Positions 1-5,277 of a stretch of 5,277 nucleotides of DNA are shown here, in pieces; positions within the stretch are counted from its first letter, which is position 1, and each line of letters starts with the position of its first letter. The position numbers and the translations under genes were made by a program. Source of the DNA: Candidatus Saganbacteria bacterium (lineage in GTDB: Bacteria > Margulisbacteria > WOR-1 > JAKLHX01); the NCBI GenBank assembly GCA_026387835.1, contig JAPLKZ010000007.1, positions 1 to 5,277 on the forward strand. Reading direction: 5' to 3'. The notes under the pieces are model-generated. The model searched no databases. It worked only from the letters and a program-made list of their open reading frames with translations, and was not told the DNA's origin.

Positions 1-59
1 CCTTCGACTCGCCCCTCGACCCTTCGACAGGCTCAAGGCTCGGGGCTCGCTCAGGACAA
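1..59. repeat. GC-rich short-repeat block upstream of the tRNA. CCTTCGAC occurs at 1-8 and 21-28. CCCCTCGAC (12-20) and GCTCGGGGC (38-46) also occur in the right-hand block.
   Basis: Direct reading. This stretch is far more GC-rich than the AT-rich coding region. The 9-mers CCCCTCGAC and GCTCGGGGC recur at 5224-5232 and at 5211-5219 / 5236-5244. Confidence 0.6.
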
Positions 60-131
<72 letters not shown>

Positions 132-132
<1 letters not shown>

Positions 133-152
133 AAATTTGCGGAGCAAATTTT
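132..152 (+). other. Perfect 9-bp inverted repeat with a 3-nt loop (AAAATTTGC-GGA-GCAAATTTT) starting at the tRNA discriminator base. It could be a weak tRNA terminator or a protein/recombinase binding site.
   Basis: Arms 132-140 and 144-152 are exact reverse complements. Only 2 of the 9 pairs are G:C. The 3' arm ends in TTTT. Confidence 0.35.
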
Positions 153-223
153 CCCTCATTCTTATCCTCATCCTTCCGGAAAAGCAGGCCTTTATTTAGA
201 ATGTGTTGCAAATCAGAGAGCCC

Positions 224-252
224 TTTTCAGGTTGACTATTATTCCGGATAAT
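224..252 (+). promoter_or_regulatory. Candidate promoter for the response-regulator gene: TTTTCA (224-229), 17-nt spacer, GATAAT (247-252)
   Basis: The -10 matches TATAAT at 5/6 and the -35 matches TTGACA at 4/6, with a 17-nt spacer. The predicted transcript would start downstream of the 251 ATG. It would include the GGAGG at 267-271 that serves the 281 ATG. Confidence 0.3.
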
Positions 253-280
253 GAGAAAATCTTTGCGGAGGAGAATGTTA

Positions 281-862
281 ATGGACAAACCCGTTGTTCT
301 GGTGGTTGATGACGAAAAAGACGCGAGAGACACCATTTCCGAGGTCCTTTCAAAAGAATGCGAGGTTGATACAGCCGACGGGGGCAAGGCCGCGCTTTCA
401 AAATTAAATGAAAAGAAATACCACATCGTTCTTCTTGATATCAGAATGCCTGAAATGGACGGAATGGAAGTGCTTAAAAAGATAAAGGGACAATATAGCG
501 GCCCGAACAAGATCGAGATCATCATGCTGACAGCCTTTGATGAGGCAAAACTGGCGTGGGAAGCCTCAAAGCTCGGCGCGTCTGACTTTATCACAAAGCC
601 GTTCAGGAATGAAGACCTTATCTTCAGGGTCAAACTGGCGGCAAAGAGGAAAATGGACGACGATCTTTTTCTGCAAAAGGTCATGCTCGCCAATCATATC
701 TTTGTCGACAGCTCAAAAGAAGATCCTATTTTTGCCAGGAGAAAGCTCATTCTTGATGCGCTTTACAACAAGAACAACCAGGATATTGACAAAGTGAAGC
801 TCGAAGACCTGGAAGCGATACGCGGCGGAAAATGGGACAATATAGAACCGGAAAAAATCTGA
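281..862 (+). CDS. Response regulator: CheY-like receiver domain plus a ~70-aa C-terminal region of unrecognised type (no obvious HTH)
   Basis: Receiver signature, numbered from M281: DD (D10, D11) in VLVVDDE, phospho-acceptor D53 in IVLLDIRMP (GAT 437-439), T84 in IMLTA, K106 in ITKPF. Start 281 is preferred because GGAGG at 267-271 lies 9 nt upstream. The longest ORF starts at 251 and has no SD. Stop is TGA at 860-862. Confidence 0.9.
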   Translation: MDKPVVLVVDDEKDARDTISEVLSKECEVDTADGGKAALSKLNEKKYHIVLLDIRMPEMDGMEVLKKIKGQYSGPNKIEIIMLTAFDEAKLAWEASKLGASDFITKPFRNEDLIFRVKLAAKRKMDDDLFLQKVMLANHIFVDSSKEDPIFARRKLILDALYNKNNQDIDKVKLEDLEAIRGGKWDNIEPEKI

Positions 863-867
863 TTTTT

Positions 868-2895
868 CTAGATGGACGGGAAAGTCATCTTGAAAGCCGT
901 CCCTTTCCCAATTTGAGACGATACTTCTATCTTTCCCTTATGGTCTATTATATTTCTATGCGCGATGGATAAGCCGAGGCCTGTCCCTTCGGCCCTTGTG
1001 GTATAGAAAGGCTCAAAGATATGGTCAACCTGTTCCTTCGTCATTCCTGACCCCGTGTCCGCTATCTCAATTTCAACATTGTTTTCACTATCAAATGATC
1101 TCGCCTTTAAAACCCCGTCTTTTCCCGTAAAATCAAGAGAGTTCTGCATTATATTAAAGAACGCTTCGGAAAGCATGACGGGATTTGCCATTATCTTATT
1201 TTTCGCATCCAATTCCTTTTCAACTTTTATACTTTTATCCTTGATACGCCCTTCCAGCATCGATAAAGTATCTTCAATGACCTTGTTGATATCGGTCGTT
1301 TCCATCTCTTCAGATTTGGCCTTCGCGAACTTGAGCATGCGGTTGATTATAGATAGTATCCTGTCTATTTGTTCAGGCATCATTCTCGCATAGTTAGATA
1401 CATATTCTTTGTCGTCAATTCTTTCAAGAACTGTCTCGGATTTTGACCGGAGTACAGTCATCGGATTCCTGATCTCATGGGCGAGTCCCGCTGCAAGAGT
1501 ACCAAGCGCAGCCAATCTAGCGTTATCTTCCGCGGCTTTCTGAGCGATCTTAACTTTTTCCTGCTCGGTGGCAAGATCGACCTTTACCCGCTCGTATGGT
1601 TTTATACGCTCGATCACGACCGCTATCTGTGGAGCAATGACTTTCAAAGCGTCTAACTCTTCATCCCTGAAAGCATCTTCCGAAAGCTTTTTGCCGACGT
1701 ATAGCAGAGATATAAGCTCGCCTTTAAACAAACACGGGACAATATACTCGATATCTTTTTTCTTTTCTTCATCTTTCAATTCTTCCGGCAGTTCATCAAA
1801 AACAGCAGGCTTTTTATTTTTGGAATAATACTCTGCCTCTTTACCGGACAGATCGCCCTTCTGTCGAACGTCCAGCATTTTCAATTCCATTTTTTCAACT
1901 CTTGCCTCTTCCAGAACAGCTTTCAGATCTTCCATTCCAGCAACATACGATAATTTTTCGGAAAAGTAGGCTATGGTGTCGGTAAAATCGTACTTTCCTT
2001 TCAAGAATAATTTGTCCGATGAAGTTTGGATAAACATGCGGAGTCGCTCGAAAGCAAAGCCGACAAAGACACCGTAAGCGACTGTCATCGACAAAAAGCC
2101 GATATCAATATTCGGTGAAACGAAATATCTATAGGGTATTGCGAATGCAAAATAAAACAACCCTAATATTATCATCGTCAGCCCGTAGGCAATGGATTTG
2201 CTGATGATAACCGAAATGTCCATAAGGCGGGTTTTGGTGATGGCGTAGGCGATTATTGAAACTAAAACAAGGGAATTATAAGGTCCAATCCATATATAAC
2301 GATAATTCCCTGCCAGAATCAGATATAAATTAAAATATGTTCCAACAATACTTGTAAGTAAAGTGGCAAGAAAAATATAGCTCAACTGCGTTTTTTGTAT
2401 TCCTTTGGATTCTGTGGTTGATATAAATATTCTGTACAAACCTATTAGCACATAACTTGAGAAATATATAGCGAACAAAGGATATAAATAACCCAATATA
2501 CTTTCTTTTCCCCACGAACGAACAATAATTTCTCTAATAAATGCATCAGGAATAAAAACCCCTACTAGAATTAACAAATTTGGCAAATGTAAAGCAATCT
2601 TTTTAAAATTATTCAGCTTATATCCTGTTAAAACTAGGGAAAAATGCAGAAAAGTGCTGGCAATGAAGCCTGACGTGAAAATAAACTCTCTGTTCCAAAA
2701 CAGTGAAAGCGTCGTATTTTCACTTATCCCAAACATGAATATCCCAAGAGTCCACAAACCAACAGATAATGTCGAATAACCAAATATTCTGGTGCTTTCT
2801 TTCAGGGGGGCCCTGAAAAGTAATATGTAAGCCAAAATCACATCAAAAGCAAACGCTATAAAAAGAAAAATATTTATAAGAGTATTTGAAGTCAT
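868..2895 (-). CDS. Membrane sensor histidine kinase: N-terminal 8-9 TM sensor region, GAF-like middle region, HisKA and HATPase_c
   Basis: About nine hydrophobic segments fall in residues 1-285. The H-box is GLAHEIRNP with H473 (codon 1477-1479). N-box is FFNIMQNSLDF. G1 is IADTGSGM. F-box is IFEPFYTT. G2 is GTGLGLSIA. The start ATG (2893-2895) overlaps the upstream stop as ATGA. Confidence 0.95.
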   Translation of the reverse strand: MTSNTLINIFLFIAFAFDVILAYILLFRAPLKESTRIFGYSTLSVGLWTLGIFMFGISENTTLSLFWNREFIFTSGFIASTFLHFSLVLTGYKLNNFKKIALHLPNLLILVGVFIPDAFIREIIVRSWGKESILGYLYPLFAIYFSSYVLIGLYRIFISTTESKGIQKTQLSYIFLATLLTSIVGTYFNLYLILAGNYRYIWIGPYNSLVLVSIIAYAITKTRLMDISVIISKSIAYGLTMIILGLFYFAFAIPYRYFVSPNIDIGFLSMTVAYGVFVGFAFERLRMFIQTSSDKLFLKGKYDFTDTIAYFSEKLSYVAGMEDLKAVLEEARVEKMELKMLDVRQKGDLSGKEAEYYSKNKKPAVFDELPEELKDEEKKKDIEYIVPCLFKGELISLLYVGKKLSEDAFRDEELDALKVIAPQIAVVIERIKPYERVKVDLATEQEKVKIAQKAAEDNARLAALGTLAAGLAHEIRNPMTVLRSKSETVLERIDDKEYVSNYARMMPEQIDRILSIINRMLKFAKAKSEEMETTDINKVIEDTLSMLEGRIKDKSIKVEKELDAKNKIMANPVMLSEAFFNIMQNSLDFTGKDGVLKARSFDSENNVEIEIADTGSGMTKEQVDHIFEPFYTTRAEGTGLGLSIAHRNIIDHKGKIEVSSQIGKGTAFKMTFPSI

Positions 2896-3923
2896 GGCTT
2901 CTTAATTACCAGGAAAATATTCATCTGAGTTTCTTTTTCAAATTCGATCTCGATCGATTTGTTGATTAAGTTCTCGGTAAGTTTTAACATATCTTCCTTA
3001 GACCGGCGGTAGATATACCATTCCCCGAGTATTTCCGTATATGCTATAAAGCTATCTTTGTCAGAAACATTGCCTATTACCAGCTCGTCGCCTTCATTTA
3101 TTTTGCCAAATAATACCTCTATCATTTTTGATGCAATTTTATTGTTGAAATAATCTATAAGGCCGGAACAATATATTAGATTCTGGTTGTCCAGAACCCG
3201 ATCTATTTTTCCGCTCTTTAAAAGTGTTCTTATATCCGAATTGATGTAATTAACTCTGAACTTCTTGCCAGTTTTACCCTCAGCAATATAAACTTGATTT
3301 TTAACGTACTCGAGAGACTGGTTTTCAAAATCCAAACAGGAAAATACTGCCTTTTCCGCGAGAGGGTTTTCTTTTAAAATTTCAATTAACTCTATAGCTG
3401 GCCCAGATGCGATGCTGGCAATTTTGGCATCCGGTTTTATTTTTAGGATATTATTGATGTGTTCTTTGTAGAAATCTTTTCTGTTACGATTCGCTATTGC
3501 GGTCGGAACTCTCATCGAATACCTATGGATGAATTTTCCGTAGGTTGTATCTCCTTCGTAGCCGTTATCATACAAATAGAGCATTGTGATATAATCGCCC
3601 GCATAACCTAGAGGCTTTTCGTAAACCCGTTTATTATAAGGAGAAACATCAAAAAGCTTAACAAGTTCCTCCTGAAAATATTTTTGATGTTCTTTCGCTG
3701 CTTCCAAGGGCAGGTTGTTGTATATTTCCCAAATATTGGCAAAAAGATTGTCGATATTTTTAAATATTCCGTCTTTGTTTTTTTCGATTAAATATATCTG
3801 CTGTTGAATGGTTGGAGAGGTCTTGTCAAAAGCGTCAAATTTCTGTTTGACAGGCAATAAAAGTGATTTTAGTTTCAAAGTGTCATCAACAAAATTTTGG
3901 TCGAGAATTAATGTTTTATCCAT
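2892..3923 (-). CDS. Class I SAM-dependent methyltransferase with a helical N-terminal domain; tentatively PhcB-like (methyl-ester signal synthase family)
   Basis: Rossmann-fold MTase pattern. Motif I-like KIASIASGPAIE is at 3390-3422. An acidic beta2 end is seen in FSCLDFE. Then come NYINSDIRTL and NLIYCSGLIDYF (the GL-DY type motif). The N-terminal domain has KPLGYAGDY and AIANRNR. A G-rich SD (GGGGGA) lies 6 nt upstream of the ATG. The start abuts the upstream stop as TAAATG. The subfamily assignment is from memory of motifs, not from a search. Confidence 0.7.
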   Translation of the reverse strand: MDKTLILDQNFVDDTLKLKSLLLPVKQKFDAFDKTSPTIQQQIYLIEKNKDGIFKNIDNLFANIWEIYNNLPLEAAKEHQKYFQEELVKLFDVSPYNKRVYEKPLGYAGDYITMLYLYDNGYEGDTTYGKFIHRYSMRVPTAIANRNRKDFYKEHINNILKIKPDAKIASIASGPAIELIEILKENPLAEKAVFSCLDFENQSLEYVKNQVYIAEGKTGKKFRVNYINSDIRTLLKSGKIDRVLDNQNLIYCSGLIDYFNNKIASKMIEVLFGKINEGDELVIGNVSDKDSFIAYTEILGEWYIYRRSKEDMLKLTENLINKSIEIEFEKETQMNIFLVIKKP

Positions 3924-5072
3924 TTAATTTCCCCCAAATACTCTATTAAAATCAACAGTATTAATGGATTGTTTGACATTTCTGAAACTTGCCATCCGTA
4001 TCCCTGCCTTTTCCATCTCATCCCACAATTTAAGCACATAACTTTCGGAGATGCGGTTGACATGGTCCTCATTGTATTCTCTCATCCAACAGAGCAGAAG
4101 AAGCTCCGCAAAGCAGCTGTAAACCTCGTTCTCTTTTCTTAGACCGAAATCACAGTTTACATTCAATCCGTCAACTTCGGCCACTCCCGATTCAATAACG
4201 ATAACATCTTCACGCTCATAAGGCACTTTAACCGAAACATTTCTTGGCTGTGCGGCGTCGATAATTATTGATTTTGTTTTAAGATGTTTCGATCTCACTA
4301 TCACGCCGGGAGTATTTGTCACTGTTAACACAATATCGGCATTTTTGATATCGCTGATATCAAAAGAAACCACGATATTTTTGTTGCCGCTTTTCTTTTT
4401 AAGTTCCTCGCCCAGCGTTTTTACGTCTTCTTTGTTCTTGTCAATTAAAGTTATGTCGGAGAAGTATTTTAACAGAAGTTTACTGCTCATTGAACCGACA
4501 AAACCGGCGGCACCCACGACAGCCAATTTAACTTTTTCTTTATCCAATCCGGCTAAGTCCGCAGCCTTAATAACGTTTTTTGCGGCGATTACAGCCGAGA
4601 AAGCGTCGCCATTTGTTATGGACATTTTAACTTTACCTTGCAGATATGCTCCGTGATCTGTAACGATTGGTACAAACGCACCAAGACCTAACAGCTTAGC
4701 ATCAAGCTTTTCGGAAAATTTTGCCGCTTTCAATATCTTTGTTCTGGCTCTTTTTTCGTTTAAAAGCATCATCCGGGTGGAAAGCGAACAAAAAACCACC
4801 CATCCGTCAACCGTGCGTCCGTCTCTGCCTTTATAACCTGTGATCTTAGATAATATTACCGGAGGATGAAGCTTGCTTATGCCTTTTAAGAACCATTTCG
4901 GAGCATTATTGGCGAACGGATACTTCCTTGCGATATCGGGAAGAAGCTCAATCGGATGGGCCAAAAAGACATATTCACCTTTACCGATTAATGCCCTTAT
5001 AAACGATTTTGGTAAAAACGGGATTAGGATGTCCCTAATCGTTAGAAGTATTTGCTTTGTATTTTCTATCAT
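3924..5072 (-). CDS. NAD(P)-binding oxidoreductase of the acyl-ACP reductase (AAR) / COG5322 family
   Basis: By eye it is colinear with Synechococcus elongatus AAR. TNGDAFSA matches TGNTHTAY. KLAVVGAAGFVGS (Rossmann GxxGxxG, 4494-4514) matches TVAVVGATGDIGS. VYSCFAELLLL (C320, codon 4113-4115) matches the catalytic-Cys motif MFACFAEAMLL. VFLAHP near the N-terminus matches GLIGH. It carries about 33 extra aa at the N-terminus. Confidence 0.8.
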   Translation of the reverse strand: MIENTKQILLTIRDILIPFLPKSFIRALIGKGEYVFLAHPIELLPDIARKYPFANNAPKWFLKGISKLHPPVILSKITGYKGRDGRTVDGWVVFCSLSTRMMLLNEKRARTKILKAAKFSEKLDAKLLGLGAFVPIVTDHGAYLQGKVKMSITNGDAFSAVIAAKNVIKAADLAGLDKEKVKLAVVGAAGFVGSMSSKLLLKYFSDITLIDKNKEDVKTLGEELKKKSGNKNIVVSFDISDIKNADIVLTVTNTPGVIVRSKHLKTKSIIIDAAQPRNVSVKVPYEREDVIVIESGVAEVDGLNVNCDFGLRKENEVYSCFAELLLLCWMREYNEDHVNRISESYVLKLWDEMEKAGIRMASFRNVKQSINTVDFNRVFGGN

Positions 5073-5091
5073 ATAATAATATTTTGTTTAT

Positions 5092-5120
5092 ATTATACTC
5101 ATAAATACCGCGATTGTCAT
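5092..5120 (-). promoter_or_regulatory. Sigma70-type promoter of the three-gene operon: ATGACA (-35, 5115-5120), 17-nt spacer, TATAAT (-10, 5092-5097)
   Basis: Read on the - strand the sequence is ATGACA-atcgcggtatttatgag-TATAAT. The -10 is perfect, the -35 is 5/6, and the spacer is 17 nt. The -10 ends 19 nt upstream of the ATG at 5072, which implies a very short leader without an SD. Confidence 0.5.
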
Positions 5121-5146
5121 TAAAATATTGCCTGACGATTGCCATT
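5111..5146. promoter_or_regulatory. Direct repeats CGATTGTCATT (5111-5121) and CGATTGCCATT (5136-5146), 25 bp apart. A third ATTGCC lies at 5127-5132. Candidate operator overlapping the -35.
   Basis: The two 11-mers match at 10 of 11 positions. The hexamer ATTGYC occurs three times within 31 bp. The first copy contains the -35 element. Confidence 0.3.
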
Positions 5147-5188
5147 TTATGCCAAATATTACATAATTCATATAATCATGAAAAACAA

Positions 5189-5247
5189 CCCCCTCGGCTC
5201 GCATAAGTTCGCTCGGGGCGATCCCCCTCGACTTCGCTCGGGGCAAG
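5189..5247. repeat. GC-rich short-repeat block. CCCCCTCG occurs at 5189-5196 and 5223-5230. TTCGCTCGGGGC occurs at 5208-5219 and 5233-5244.
   Basis: Direct reading. It shares CCCCTCGAC and GCTCGGGGC with the block at 1-59. Both blocks end in CAAG immediately before tRNA-derived sequence. Confidence 0.6.
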
Positions 5248-5260
5248 CCTGCTTGGCGCA
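5248..5260. repeat. Right copy of the 13-bp direct repeat CCTGCTTGGCGCA; attR-like
   Basis: Exact match to 120-132. No further tRNA similarity upstream of it. Confidence 0.75.
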
Positions 5261-5277
5261 GGTTTTCTTGGTCGCGA

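Noticed and set aside
232-252. TTGACT (232-237) paired with GATAAT (247-252) as a promoter
   Set aside because: The spacer is only 9 nt, which is incompatible with sigma70 geometry. The weaker TTTTCA at 224-229 with a 17-nt spacer is reported instead, at low confidence.
196-693. 165-aa ORF on the - strand, and the nested 62-aa ORF at 213-401
   Set aside because: It is entirely antisense to a receiver domain with all catalytic residues intact. Its Ser/Phe/Ile-rich product has no recognisable motifs. It is a typical shadow ORF.
537-797. 86-aa + strand ORF in an alternative frame of the regulator gene
   Set aside because: It is out of frame within a well-supported CDS. It has no RBS and no domain signature.
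874-909. Alternative stems GGACGG/CCGTCC or GGGAAAG/CTTTCCC as an intrinsic terminator for the regulator gene
   Set aside because: The stems are short with 17-18-nt loops and no downstream T-tract. They are located inside the kinase coding sequence.
1055-1828. + strand ORFs 1055-1393 (112 aa) and 1568-1828 (86 aa)
   Set aside because: They are antisense shadows of the HATPase/HisKA and GAF-like parts of the kinase gene. Their composition is Ser/Ile/Phe-rich and low in complexity.
2330-2515. 61-aa - strand ORF inside the kinase TM region
   Set aside because: It is on the same strand as the 675-aa kinase ORF but out of frame with it. It arises from the AT-rich codon composition.
3924-5072. 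Reading the 382-aa protein as shikimate dehydrogenase or glutamyl-tRNA reductase on the strength of its Rossmann domain
   Set aside because: The similarity to AAR is colinear well beyond the nucleotide-binding motif, including the C-terminal SCFAE motif and the N-terminal FLAHP segment. That fits the AAR/COG5322 family better.
4345-5076. + strand ORFs 4345-4656 (103 aa) and 4873-5076 (67 aa)
   Set aside because: They are antisense shadows of the AAR-like gene and have no independent support.
250-5170. Apparent GC mosaic: ~45-50% in the regulator gene and the kinase catalytic half, ~25-35% in the kinase TM region and the methyltransferase, suggesting a chimeric origin
   Set aside because: This is based on hand counts of a few 60-nt lines. 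The low-GC stretches coincide with Phe/Ile/Asn/Lys/Tyr-rich protein segments, so amino-acid composition explains it. It needs a proper sliding-window and codon-position analysis.
5178-5277. ORF from ATG 5178, open to the window end (MKNNPLGSHKFARGDPPRLRSGQACLAQVFLVA...), preceded by TATAAT at 5171-5176
   Set aside because: The reading frame runs straight through the GC-rich repeat block and the tRNA-fragment repeat. The ATG is only 1 nt from the -10-like hexamer, and there is no RBS. It is most likely a repeat-generated spurious ORF, though the truncated window prevents a final call.

Overview
The window holds one tRNA gene and a compact four-gene cassette, flanked on both sides by short GC-rich repeat blocks. 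tRNA-Lys(CUU) lies at 60-132 on the + strand. The last 13 nt of that tRNA (CCTGCTTGGCGCA, 120-132) recur exactly at 5248-5260, so the whole ~5.1 kb cassette sits between tRNA-3'-end direct repeats, like an integrated island. No integrase or transposase is present. On the - strand, a near-consensus sigma70-type promoter (5092-5120) precedes a tightly coupled three-gene operon. Gene 1 is a 382-aa NAD(P)-binding enzyme resembling cyanobacterial acyl-ACP reductase (AAR, COG5322). Gene 2 is a 343-aa class I SAM-dependent methyltransferase that I tentatively place with the PhcB-like family. Gene 3 is a 675-aa sensor histidine kinase with 8-9 TM helices. The junctions are TAAATG (stop abuts start) and ATGA (4-nt overlap). 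A CheY-like response regulator with an unrecognised C-terminal domain (281-862, +) converges on the kinase gene, with only 5 nt between the stop codons. My main hypothesis is a self-contained synthesis-plus-sensing module for a fatty-acyl-derived methylated signal. It would follow the logic of Ralstonia phcBSRQ but add an AAR-family enzyme. All family assignments come from reading motifs by eye and need HMM or structure confirmation. The other ORFs in the supplied track are shadow frames of these four genes.
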